IMG/VR virus record: IMGVR_UViG_3300023094_000009
Location: 77,285-141,284 of that record
Length of the DNA stretch: 64,000 nt
Source of the DNA: a virus
Strand: one strand, 5' to 3'
The notes beneath the pieces were generated by a model. That model did not search any database. It was not told the origin of the DNA and saw only the letters and a list, made by a program, of their open reading frames with translations. Made by a program: the position numbers and the translations under genes. Positions 53,691 to 62,834 of this stretch are shown in pieces. Each line of letters starts with the position of its first letter. Position 1 is the first letter of the stretch.

Positions 53691-56600
53691 TTAGAAGTTT
53701 TTTGCCTTGCTTTTTGCGAAGTTTGAATGCTTCGTTCTAGGTTTTGAAAACATGTCCCTGTTGTATTTTTCTACGTGCTGATCTTCAGGCATTATATTCT
53801 TGGAATCCATATGGCGCGCAAGAAGTAAAGCCCATCCAAAAGCAAAAATTCTATCGTAGTTTCCTGTCCCAAATTTGAAATCGAGCATCTCCTGCAACAG
53901 CATTGGATCATCAATCAAATCTATTCCAGTGTTGACTATTGGGAGTCCTGTCTCAGGGTTGAATCCTATGGTGAAAGTCTGCTGTGTATACTGTATTACA
54001 GTTTCTAATAATATCTTTACATTCCATTGATGGGGGTATGTGCCAAACTTGTAGTTGGATGCTGTTACGCTCTTCTTTTTGGTAGATAGATCTCCATGAG
54101 GATTTATAAATGGATGAAGGTATTGGTAGGCATCCACTTTAATGATGTCTTCCAAGTATGATACGAAGCTCATATCCGCAGCCTCCAAGTTACATATAGC
54201 CTGTGTTGCCCTGATAAGTTTCTCCCATTTTGAGTGCATTTCCCTGTGTGTTGGAGGTCTTTCTGTAAGGCAAGCTACAATCCTTTCCAGAGGCATATTG
54301 AGCGTCCTCCTTTGAAGTACATACAATGCTCCCAAAGATTCAGTTGTGGCGTCAGCAGACTTGTAATCATCTGCTCCTGATACAAACTTGTACTTTGGTG
54401 GAATATTTGTTGGGAATCCCTCAAAGATCATGAAAGGAGCAGAAATATTCTTCTTGTACCCTCTTTCTGCAATTGGTTTATCAGATTGGAATGTAGTTTC
54501 TATCTTGTCGTTCTTGTGGTCAACTTCAATGTCAACAAGCGTATATTTGGGATGTTCTTTCAGTTCTCTCAGCTTCTTTGTAATTGCTTCCGAGTTGAAT
54601 GGATTAACTTTACTTGTTAGGAAGGAGTCGTCGATGCACATTGGATAGTACATCCTTTGCTTAGTTTTAACAGTTTCGTCAGAGGCATTGTCGAGTCGGT
54701 GTTGGAATGCCTCCTTAGTCGCTTTCCAATCAGTAACATTGATGGGAAGATTATTAAGTTCTTCACTTTTAAATTGGTTCTTGGTGAACTCTCCAAAAGT
54801 TTTCAGGAGTTTGGGTTCATTCTCTCTATAAGACATTTGCCCGGGAACAAAAATACCAAATTTTCTCCCTATATCCTCTTTCCATGTGATGTGTTCATCG
54901 GGAACCATGTTGTTCAATAAATCCCAATTCATTACGAGCAAATCATAGTCTTTTGGATTGCATAACATTGTCTTCGCACCTTCGCTAAGTGTCTCATTGC
55001 CACCGGTGCCTGCAAGGATATAGGTGAATAAGCTCTTATTTTGATACTTAAAAGATACCTTCGCTGACTCTAGTATAGGAATCCCGTTGTATTTCCCACA
55101 ATTATGCGTAACGATGCAATCTGTGGTTAAAAATAATTTACTTTTATTATCTACCTTGATGCAATAAGCTTGCTTCTCTCCGACAGCTTTTATTTCTTTT
55201 ATAGATACTCTTTTAAAATTGAATATTTTTGGTACTATCAAATTCTTTTTTCTTTCTATTTTAAATAATTCTGTATTGTCAGACCAAACTGTAACACCAT
55301 AGGAAACTTTATTGAGATTTCCTTTTCTAGTCCGTTGCCTTTTATGGATTGAACAAGTCATTCCTAAAGAATACACCAATTGTTTAAATCCCTCAACAAT
55401 TTTTTCATTGGTGTTAGTAAATACCGTGGAAGAAAATAGTTTTCCATTTTCAGAAGTGGCTACATTAACATGACCATCACTATCTAAAAGTCCTGCTAAT
55501 AAGTCTGTTCTTTGCTTTACACTACCATACAGGTATTCATCTGGAATATGTTTATTTCCATATATGCCCAATTTTCTTAAATCTACAACTAATTTTTTAG
55601 CATAATAATGCAGGTTATCCCCTCTATCTACTATTTCATAATATTTACTGTATTCCTCAATAACTTCATTATCTTTTGTACAAAATCTACCCCCTTTCGA
55701 GTCGCCGTCACCTAAGTGATAGCCTAATATATATGGGTCTACAAGGAAATCTTTATGTTCCCTTATAATGGGCTCACAAAGTGGAATATAAAAAGGATTG
55801 CTTTTTGTTTTTTTGTCTATAAGCTCTTGTGTGGTTAACGTTCTTAATGTATTAGATTTATTATAAACCGTCCACAAATGATCCGCTGATGACTCCACTT
55901 TCCTCCCATCAGATAAAGTGAATTCATACATAGGAACTACCCCTACATTAATTTTATCCAATACAGTTGTTAGTTCTCCGTCATCTCCATATATTTCATC
56001 TCCAATGGATATTCCTTCCATTGTTATTTCTTTTTCGCGCGAATGTAGAATAGAATCGAAAGCCAGAGCTTCATCCATCACATACCCAATCGGTGTAAGT
56101 CCCGCTCCCTTTTCCGAAGCTTTTTCCGCTCCACCATCAGCATTGATGATCCTTAATTGAGATTTGATAAATTCTTCATTGTTTTGAAGGGAGTTTCCAA
56201 ACACTACGTCCGTATCTTTCCAATCTCCCGAACCCCTCAAAATATTCAGCTTGAAAGCAGGATGAATGTTGCTCATGCTTGTTGTCACCATGTCACGGAT
56301 GGAGGACAGGTCATTACCCTCCTTATATACAAGCATTGAAGTTCCATCCTTTGTAAGGTGAGTCCAGTGTTTCATGCTTCCTATGAATGTAGACTTTGCG
56401 AATCCCCTAGTCCCCCACATGCAGAAGCCCAATCCATCCCTTACAGCCTCTTTATAACATTCCATCAGATAATAGGTGTTATCATCCAGAGGGGCTGTCA
56501 TAATGGACTTGGTGAGTGTATGTGGATTGATGATGTTTGTCTTGAAAAAGTTGATGTGAAAGTACATCCATCCTGACATCTGATATCCTCCAAGGTTTAT

Positions 56601-56747
56601 CCCGTTCTTTATCTTGTCATATTCATTTAAGTAGAATTGTATTGTTGAAGGTTGTTGTTCCCATAGTTGTTTTCTTGCATCCCATTTAGGAATGTCTCTT
56701 GGGTTCATGTTTATGAAGAGTTCCTTTGATTGTTTGAATGTGTCCAT
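53691..56747 (-). CDS. terL: Terminase large subunit containing an intein
   Basis: Walker A GTRGFAKS, Walker B YVMDE, nuclease GADDY and NYDR motifs. Confidence 0.9.
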   Translation of the reverse strand: MDTFKQSKELFINMNPRDIPKWDARKQLWEQQPSTIQFYLNEYDKIKNGINLGGYQMSGWMYFHINFFKTNIINPHTLTKSIMTAPLDDNTYYLMECYKEAVRDGLGFCMWGTRGFAKSTFIGSMKHWTHLTKDGTSMLVYKEGNDLSSIRDMVTTSMSNIHPAFKLNILRGSGDWKDTDVVFGNSLQNNEEFIKSQLRIINADGGAEKASEKGAGLTPIGYVMDEALAFDSILHSREKEITMEGISIGDEIYGDDGELTTVLDKINVGVVPMYEFTLSDGRKVESSADHLWTVYNKSNTLRTLTTQELIDKKTKSNPFYIPLCEPIIREHKDFLVDPYILGYHLGDGDSKGGRFCTKDNEVIEEYSKYYEIVDRGDNLHYYAKKLVVDLRKLGIYGNKHIPDEYLYGSVKQRTDLLAGLLDSDGHVNVATSENGKLFSSTVFTNTNEKIVEGFKQLVYSLGMTCSIHKRQRTRKGNLNKVSYGVTVWSDNTELFKIERKKNLIVPKIFNFKRVSIKEIKAVGEKQAYCIKVDNKSKLFLTTDCIVTHNCGKYNGIPILESAKVSFKYQNKSLFTYILAGTGGNETLSEGAKTMLCNPKDYDLLVMNWDLLNNMVPDEHITWKEDIGRKFGIFVPGQMSYRENEPKLLKTFGEFTKNQFKSEELNNLPINVTDWKATKEAFQHRLDNASDETVKTKQRMYYPMCIDDSFLTSKVNPFNSEAITKKLRELKEHPKYTLVDIEVDHKNDKIETTFQSDKPIAERGYKKNISAPFMIFEGFPTNIPPKYKFVSGADDYKSADATTESLGALYVLQRRTLNMPLERIVACLTERPPTHREMHSKWEKLIRATQAICNLEAADMSFVSYLEDIIKVDAYQYLHPFINPHGDLSTKKKSVTASNYKFGTYPHQWNVKILLETVIQYTQQTFTIGFNPETGLPIVNTGIDLIDDPMLLQEMLDFKFGTGNYDRIFAFGWALLLARHMDSKNIMPEDQHVEKYNRDMFSKPRTKHSNFAKSKAKNF
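55101..56069 (-). mobile_element. Class-3 intein (323 aa) with LAGLIDADG homing endonuclease
   Basis: DE|ALAFDS...SSADHLW...AYCIKV...VTHN|C; LGYHLGDG and LAGLLDSDG motifs. Confidence 0.9.
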
Positions 56748-56795
56748 TTTTGTCTTGTTTTCAGTTCTTCTTTTCCGGCGATTTTGGGAAATGCG

Positions 56796-56821
56796 AAAAG
56801 GGCGTTGATTAGTACGCCCTT
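56796..56821 (-). terminator. Terminator-like hairpin upstream of terL
   Basis: AAGGGCGT-ACTAATCA-ACGCCCTTTT on the minus strand. Confidence 0.55.
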
Positions 56822-56844
56822 AATTCTTCACATCTTATTTAAGA

Positions 56845-57315
56845 CTAGTCTTTTTGCTCCAAGTATTCCTTTAGCCTTCTTTTTTCATCTTCTACTCGGA
56901 AATCAAACATTGCTTTCATTTCGTTGGAGTCGCGCAAAACCATTTTACCATCAATCAACTCATAATTCATTCTCATGAATGATCTGACTTTTGAAATTTC
57001 TGAAGCTTCCTCTTCTGTCAAATCCAATGATGTTCCTGACAAATTTGCCACTCTTTCAAGCTCTACAATACCCATCCACATATTGGATAGATCAATTGAA
57101 GACAAGCTGTGGTCACGTGCAATCCTCATGTTGTTTTCGATATCTGGTTCAAGAGATTCATATGTAACACCTTCCTGATTGAGTTTCAGATTGAAGTCTT
57201 CACTTGCTTTTTCCACCTCCTTTACTTTCTCTACAACAAACTCGTTGTAGATTCTGGCTTCCTTCAATAATGTCTTTAGTCTGTTCTTTAGAATTGATTC
57301 TTCTGTTTTGCTCAT
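56845..57315 (-). CDS. Hypothetical helical protein (possible terminase small subunit)
   Basis: Directly upstream of terL; function inferred from position only. Confidence 0.6.
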   Translation of the reverse strand: MSKTEESILKNRLKTLLKEARIYNEFVVEKVKEVEKASEDFNLKLNQEGVTYESLEPDIENNMRIARDHSLSSIDLSNMWMGIVELERVANLSGTSLDLTEEEASEISKVRSFMRMNYELIDGKMVLRDSNEMKAMFDFRVEDEKRRLKEYLEQKD

Positions 57316-57318
57316 TTT

Positions 57319-57558
57319 TTATTTTTTATTTATCCACTGTTTAAATTCCTCCTCTGTATCGTGTGCTTCATCAGTTTCATTAATGATGGCTTGATGAATT
57401 GCTTCCAAGAAGTTTTCATCGCTCATCTGGAACAAGTTTTTCCTGCTCAGGTCTGACGCAACCATAACTGAATACATAAGAGTCCCAATTGAATAGTTTG
57501 GATAGAGCAAGGAGAAATTCACCATTGCCTTCATAATATCTTTTTTTCCTTTTCTCAT
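57319..57558 (-). CDS. Hypothetical protein (79 aa)
   Basis: Coupled ORF. Confidence 0.65.
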   Translation of the reverse strand: MRKGKKDIMKAMVNFSLLYPNYSIGTLMYSVMVASDLSRKNLFQMSDENFLEAIHQAIINETDEAHDTEEEFKQWINKK

Positions 57559-58211
57559 TTAACATTGAATTTAACAGTGATTACAGAAGTTGAATCTGCT
57601 TGATTTTTGTTTGCGAAGTACATGTAGAATTTCACACTTTGATTGTCTCTTATTTCTTTTGTCGCCGTGGATAGCGTCATGTTGCAGGTAATTGTTCCAT
57701 CTGCATTGTTTACAACATCTGCCATAAGGCATCCGCAACCCGTATTGACTCTTTTTAAAGATTTCTGTTTGGATTTTGTCGTGACTTGGAGATTGAATGT
57801 ATGTACCTCTGCCTTTTTCATATCAGGTACTTTCAGGATGTATTGATCTTCAATATCCAGATACACTGTACTTACACCCTCTCCGCCTTCAACTTTTATG
57901 CTCTTGTCGAATGCTTCCAAACGTTTCCATTTTCCAACGGGACACTCCTCTCCTTTTTGCGAACACTTTTTGTAAGTGAAGCAGGTACAGAGTTTACAGT
58001 TTCCTTCACCATCACTTTTCAGAGGAGCAATCTTGTTCAAAGCTTCTGCCACTGCACTCTTGAAAGTAGATGATTGATCAGGATTTTCTACACTATTGTT
58101 TGTATTGTATTCACATCCGTCACAGATAGCCTTTCTCTCTTTGTACCACTCTTGCTCTTCTGGTGGTTTCTCCGTGTAGGCGTTGTATATTCTACTTATT
58201 TTGTTGTTCAT
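57555..58211 (-). CDS. Cys-cluster (Zn-binding) protein with C-terminal DUF1573-like Ig domain
   Basis: RKAICDGC...CKLCTC...KC...ECPVGKW; RVNTGCGC motif. Confidence 0.7.
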   Translation of the reverse strand: MNNKISRIYNAYTEKPPEEQEWYKERKAICDGCEYNTNNSVENPDQSSTFKSAVAEALNKIAPLKSDGEGNCKLCTCFTYKKCSQKGEECPVGKWKRLEAFDKSIKVEGGEGVSTVYLDIEDQYILKVPDMKKAEVHTFNLQVTTKSKQKSLKRVNTGCGCLMADVVNNADGTITCNMTLSTATKEIRDNQSVKFYMYFANKNQADSTSVITVKFNVK

Positions 58212-58623
58212 TGTATATTTTATTTTGAAACTTTTCTAATTCACTGTGAGTCATACCCATTCTGAAATACATCCGGTTTATTCTTGGAGTTTTCAAGACT
58301 TTTATTCTGAGGTAGGCTTGAGTGAAGATTAATGAACTCATAACCTTCATCTTGTTCACCAACCTTCTGTATCGGTTATTGTCCTGATATCTGCTATGCC
58401 TTTTGACATTGTGTGAAAGCATATTCTGATTGCAGTACATATATCCTAGATCTGGACTTAGCTGGATTTTGAAAATATCTTCCGAATCCTGCATCTGAAT
58501 CAGTCTTTTTACTATGTAGGTGGTGTTCTCCTGAATTATTTCCAGAGGAATCCCTAGTCGTTCAGAAAGTTTCTTGTCAATGTCCTTTTTTGTTGCTAGA
58601 CTCTTCTCAGCTTTTGTGTCCAT
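58192..58623 (-). CDS. HU/IHF-like DNA-binding protein
   Basis: KKDIDKKLSERLGIP...IQLSPDLGYM pattern. Confidence 0.55.
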   Translation of the reverse strand: MDTKAEKSLATKKDIDKKLSERLGIPLEIIQENTTYIVKRLIQMQDSEDIFKIQLSPDLGYMYCNQNMLSHNVKRHSRYQDNNRYRRLVNKMKVMSSLIFTQAYLRIKVLKTPRINRMYFRMGMTHSELEKFQNKIYNEQQNK

Positions 58624-59044
58624 CTGAAAGATTCATTTTAATGCAGAATTGACCCTCTTTAACTCCACTCTGCTCCCTACCATTCAAAAACAAATAATAT
58701 TGCCTCAGAAGCTTTAATTCCATGCAAAATTCGTTTTCTGATTCCTTCATCTCGCCTTTTTTCAGCAGTTTTAAATCTCTCAAGGATTTATTTGCTGAAT
58801 TTACGTCTGCTTCATCAGTTTTTGCCAGAAGTTTGTATACGTCTTTCCCTTTCTTGAAATCCTTTCCATCACCAAAGCGGATGTATATGGCAAGCATTGT
58901 AATATGTTTTTTGCTTGGAAGCTTTCTGAGGTCGCCTTTGAGAAACTTGTAAAAACACTGTGTGTAAACCATTTTCTCCACCCAATCATCCTCGCTATTA
59001 CTCTTGATAGGTAAGAATAATATGTCTTGTGCAGGTTTATCCAT
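58607..59044 (-). CDS. Hypothetical protein (likely start ATG 59044)
   Basis: TACTTTTG box (59049-59056) lies within the TTG-start extension, favouring the MDKPAQ start. Confidence 0.65.
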   Translation of the reverse strand: MDKPAQDILFLPIKSNSEDDWVEKMVYTQCFYKFLKGDLRKLPSKKHITMLAIYIRFGDGKDFKKGKDVYKLLAKTDEADVNSANKSLRDLKLLKKGEMKESENEFCMELKLLRQYYLFLNGREQSGVKEGQFCIKMNLSDGHKS

Positions 59045-59048
59045 GAGA

Positions 59049-59150
59049 CAAAAGTACAATAAACATTTGAATTTAACAAGTACTTTAACATATTATTAAC
59101 ATTTTAATTTAAAATATATTTGTATGGTTCAAAATTTCTACGTATCTTTG
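59049..59150. promoter_or_regulatory. Divergent promoter pair at the strand switch
   Basis: Minus TACTTTTG 59049-59056; plus TTTG (59119-59122)-N20-TATCTTTG (59143-59150), the full Bacteroidota -33/-7 consensus. Confidence 0.75.
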
Positions 59151-59190
59151 CGCGTGAATAAGGATTTTTTCGCGGAAAAACAAACAAAAA

Positions 59191-59418
59191 ATGGAAAGAA
59201 ACGACACATTGGGATTATTAGAATTTAAAAATGAGTTAATTTTTGAAGCAGATTTAAGTGATTCGTTTATAGAAAATAATGAAGATTTTCTCAACCGGAT
59301 AGCCTACGAGTATTATCACAACTATACTTTCCGTCTATATCCAATCAGGCACTATGGAGAGATGCTTACAATCCTCATTGAAGTCTCTACGGATAATGAA
59401 ATCTGTTTTAATTGCTAA
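59191..59418 (+). CDS. Hypothetical protein (75 aa)
   Basis: A-rich leader, downstream of a consensus promoter. Confidence 0.65.
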   Translation: MERNDTLGLLEFKNELIFEADLSDSFIENNEDFLNRIAYEYYHNYTFRLYPIRHYGEMLTILIEVSTDNEICFNC

Positions 59419-59459
59419 TTTGTTTTTATATTAGAGAATAATTTACTACTTTTGTGCTT

Positions 59460-59586
59460 CGTAAAGTTTTAGTTGGTAATAGCCGATTGATTGAAACTTT
59501 GAAAGATATTTAAGAACAATCCCCTTTATTAATTTAATTTTCCGTCGGCTATTTTAGGAAAGTTACTTTATTAGAGGGGATTTTTA
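59460..59586 (+). ncRNA. Structured 5' leader (terminator-like hairpin with pseudoknot-capable loop)
   Basis: Promoter TACTTTTG 59447-59454; stems 59518-59525/59575-59582 and 59535-59543/59557-59565; loop 59545-59553 complementary to 59478-59486. Confidence 0.6.
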
Positions 59587-59593
59587 TGTTTTT

Positions 59594-60775
59594 ATGTTTC
59601 AGATTATTGAAAATTGGGAAAAAAGAAAAGTAATAGATTCAATTTCTATTGAGGGTTTGGTGGAGAGGGTGAGAAACCCCAGTAAGGACTTCCTTGAAAA
59701 AGTGGAAGAGATAAGAAAATATCCACGTAAGTCAAAACAATACGAAAATATAAAGAAAACGCTTCCTTGCTTTACTACAGCATTTAATTTTAATGGTTAC
59801 ATTTCAAATAAGAATTTAGGGAAGGCTACAGGGTATTTATATCTTGACATTGACAATGTAGATGAAATTAAACTAGATCACCCTTCTGTGGTTTTCTACT
59901 GTAAGTCTATCTCAGGCAAGGGGTACAGCATTATTGTCGGAGTTAAGGGAGTGACACCAGAGAACATAAAAGAAGCTACGAGAGCAGTAGCCCAAGAGTT
60001 GGACATAGAGTTGGATGAAGGGGCAATATCCAAAGATAGACTAACTATACTTAGCTATGATGTCAATTCGTATTATAATCCAGATCACACCTATCTATAC
60101 TATTCAAATAATGAAGTAAATTGTACCCCCAATAGTAACATAACATTACTTACTTATATTAGTAACGACTATAAAGGGTACAAAATTAGGAAAAATAACC
60201 TCTCTGATATTACAGAAAAGATTGATTTCAAGGGTGAACTTTTTAAGAAATTTGAAGGTGATAAGGTAGGATATACAACCTTAACTACACCATTCAATGA
60301 AGTTAAGGAAGGTAAGAGGAATTGTACCATGAATACGATATGTTATCTTATGAAAGGATTAAATACAGACCTAGATAAACAATCTACTTTGTCATACTTA
60401 CAATCTATAAATTCTGCCAAGTTCTTCCCACCTCTTGAAGATAATGAACTTCAGGCAATAATTGATTCAATATTTAAAATAGAATCCATTGTACTTTATC
60501 CGAATACGTTTAGGACGTATCTGTACAATCCTGACTACTCTTTGACCACTAAAGAAAAAAGGTCTCTTACTATGAAAGCCATACATAAGGAACGAAGGGA
60601 TAAAACTTCTTCAGAGATAGAGGCTTGTATTGATGCTTGGGATTTTTCATTAGGGAAAATAACACATAGAAAGTTAGTAACTATAAGTAAGAAAAATAAA
60701 AAAACTATTGCTAGGTATTATCCTCAATTAAAACAAAAAATTAACATATTAAACTTGTCACAGTCAAATAAATAG
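59594..60775 (+). CDS. BT4734/VirE-N-like primase-polymerase with PriCT-1 domain
   Basis: KKTLPCFT, TGYLYLDID, SISGKG; GKRNCTM...PPLEDNELQAIIDS. Confidence 0.78.
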   Translation: MFQIIENWEKRKVIDSISIEGLVERVRNPSKDFLEKVEEIRKYPRKSKQYENIKKTLPCFTTAFNFNGYISNKNLGKATGYLYLDIDNVDEIKLDHPSVVFYCKSISGKGYSIIVGVKGVTPENIKEATRAVAQELDIELDEGAISKDRLTILSYDVNSYYNPDHTYLYYSNNEVNCTPNSNITLLTYISNDYKGYKIRKNNLSDITEKIDFKGELFKKFEGDKVGYTTLTTPFNEVKEGKRNCTMNTICYLMKGLNTDLDKQSTLSYLQSINSAKFFPPLEDNELQAIIDSIFKIESIVLYPNTFRTYLYNPDYSLTTKEKRSLTMKAIHKERRDKTSSEIEACIDAWDFSLGKITHRKLVTISKKNKKTIARYYPQLKQKINILNLSQSNK

Positions 60776-60800
60776 ACTAATTTTACCAAAAATATTAAAT

Positions 60801-61061
60801 ATGATAATAACGACACCAATTTATTTTGTTACAATTAAGGGGGATTATAAAGAACAAGCTACTAAGAGGGGTAAGACAATTATCGCTAGTTATGAACCTC
60901 ACATTGACAGCACCTATATTGTATCAGAAGCAGATGTTGTAGATATTTCTGATTATGTTGTTTCTTATTACAAATCAATGCACAAAAATATCAGAAAAAG
61001 AGATATGACTATAATTCATTCTCTAGAAGGGATTAATTTTATTTCATTAAACGCAAATTAA
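60801..61061 (+). CDS. Hypothetical protein (86 aa)
   Basis: ORF in plus-strand operon. Confidence 0.6.
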   Translation: MIITTPIYFVTIKGDYKEQATKRGKTIIASYEPHIDSTYIVSEADVVDISDYVVSYYKSMHKNIRKRDMTIIHSLEGINFISLNAN

Positions 61062-61062
61062 T

Positions 61063-61308
61063 ATGGGACGAGCAACAGAAGCGTTAGCCTATTTAAATTC
61101 ATCCACTGAGGATTGGCAAAAAGGAAGAATAAGCAATCAAAGGTTATCAAGTTTCACAATTACAGAAGAATCAAAACTTGTAAGACGTTGGTATAGATAT
61201 GGCGAAAATAAGTCTTTTGCGGACTACTTGAAAATGGTTGAGAAAAACGAAGGAATCAAGGTAAGTAATTATTGTTTTGATTCACTTATTTCTGCGAAAA
61301 ATGATTAA
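61063..61308 (+). CDS. Hypothetical protein (81 aa)
   Basis: Closely spaced ORF in operon. Confidence 0.6.
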   Translation: MGRATEALAYLNSSTEDWQKGRISNQRLSSFTITEESKLVRRWYRYGENKSFADYLKMVEKNEGIKVSNYCFDSLISAKND

Positions 61309-61747
61309 AATCATAGAAAATGGAAGTCTATTTGAATCTGAATGCCAAACCTTAGTCAATACAGTAAATTGCATTGGTGTCATGGGCAAAGGTATTGCTT
61401 TGGAATTTAAGAACAGATATCCGTCAATGTTCAAGGAATATAGGATACTCTGTAATCAGAAAAAACTTGACATAGGAAAACTCTGGATTTATAAAGCACA
61501 GGATAAATGGATTTTAAATTTTCCTACAAAATATGATTGGAGAATGCCTAGCAGGAATGAGTACTTGGAGAGAGGTTTACAGAAGTTCTTAGACACTTAT
61601 AAATCTAAAGGTATAGCTTCTATTGCTTTCCCCCTTTTGGGCGCGAGTAATGGAGGAATTGACCCAGAGGTATCATTAGGAATTATGAAGTCATATTTAG
61701 ATAAGTGTGATATTCCAGTGGAAATATATTTAAATAAAAAGAGATGA
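61301..61747 (+). CDS. DarG-like macrodomain (ADP-ribosyl glycohydrolase)
   Basis: GSLF...LVNTVNCIGVMGKGIALEFK...NFPTK...SIAFPLLGASNGG; likely ATG 61301. Confidence 0.88.
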   Translation: MIKIIENGSLFESECQTLVNTVNCIGVMGKGIALEFKNRYPSMFKEYRILCNQKKLDIGKLWIYKAQDKWILNFPTKYDWRMPSRNEYLERGLQKFLDTYKSKGIASIAFPLLGASNGGIDPEVSLGIMKSYLDKCDIPVEIYLNKKR

Positions 61748-62085
61748 GGTTCAAAAAGATTAGGCACTTCTTTCAGTTTTTTAGGTTTAAGCTGGATATG
61801 AGGAAGTCAGAGAACGAAGCTTTAAGGTGGGCAAAAGGTACATCGTATGATTTGACGCGACAAGAAAAGAAAGAATTCAGAAATAAAGTGACTTGGAACA
61901 GCTACAAGCAGAGAAATACATATTGGTATGTAAAGAATGGTAATATAGTTATGGAGTATCTTTATGATAAGCCAACAATACCTATTGCAGAAGAGTGTGA
62001 AATAAAAGCTACTGAGATTGAAGAAATGTATGAGGTACATATGGAGGAATTTCAGCAAAAAAGACTGAAAAACAAGGAAAAATAA
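61744..62085 (+). CDS. Hypothetical protein (113 aa)
   Basis: ATGA-coupled ORF. Confidence 0.6.
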   Translation: MRFKKIRHFFQFFRFKLDMRKSENEALRWAKGTSYDLTRQEKKEFRNKVTWNSYKQRNTYWYVKNGNIVMEYLYDKPTIPIAEECEIKATEIEEMYEVHMEEFQQKRLKNKEK

Positions 62086-62133
62086 CAAAAAACTAACACT
62101 ACACCTAAAACAAAAACGTTATCTTTGTAACCT

Positions 62134-62451
62134 ATGAGAAATATATTCACAACACTAAACGAACAGACAGGAAAAATGAATTTCTATACATCTAATGATG
62201 AAAATGTAGAAGATTTCTTTCAGTTTGTTTCTGAAGATTTGAAGCCTAGCAAGATTGAACTCGTTGAATGTTTACAACAGTTGACAGGAAAATGGCATAG
62301 GTTTTCAAGTAGGATACCTTTAGAAGCCTATTCAGAATTGAGTTTGCTTGACTCTCCAAAAATAAAAAATATGGATCTGATTCACGCTAAACACAGGAAT
62401 GGAGGAGGTCAGATTTGGCTGGGGTATTGGAATGATGGTGTGATGGGATGA
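62134..62451 (+). CDS. Hypothetical protein (105 aa)
   Basis: TATCTTTG box at 62120-62127. Confidence 0.65.
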   Translation: MRNIFTTLNEQTGKMNFYTSNDENVEDFFQFVSEDLKPSKIELVECLQQLTGKWHRFSSRIPLEAYSELSLLDSPKIKNMDLIHAKHRNGGGQIWLGYWNDGVMG

Positions 62452-62831
62452 TTAGAAAATACTCCAAGAAAGGTTTAGAGAAGAGAAAAGCCGAACGAGA
62501 AGGTTTTCCAGAGTTCTTCCAGAAGCACATAGAGATAGCTAGAAATTCATATTGCGAAGAATGTGGTCAAAGACTTACAGGAGATGTTTCTGAGATCGCA
62601 CACTGCCTTCCTAAGTCTTATTTCAAATCAGTTAGTACTTCAGATCTGAATGTTTTGTACCTTTGTGGTAGATTTTCTGCAAATCAGTGCCATTCGAATT
62701 ACGATAACGGCGCGGTAGAAAAAGTGAAACAAATGAAAATCTACCCAAAAGTAAAAGAAATCTTTCAACAACTGAAACCAGAAATAACAGAAACAATCAA
62801 TTACAAAGTTTATCAAAAATACGAAGATTAA
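62448..62831 (+). CDS. HNH/NinG-like Zn-binding nuclease
   Basis: CEECG...AHCLPK...NVLYLC...CHSNYD. Confidence 0.7.
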   Translation: MIRKYSKKGLEKRKAEREGFPEFFQKHIEIARNSYCEECGQRLTGDVSEIAHCLPKSYFKSVSTSDLNVLYLCGRFSANQCHSNYDNGAVEKVKQMKIYPKVKEIFQQLKPEITETINYKVYQKYED

Positions 62832-62834
62832 GAT

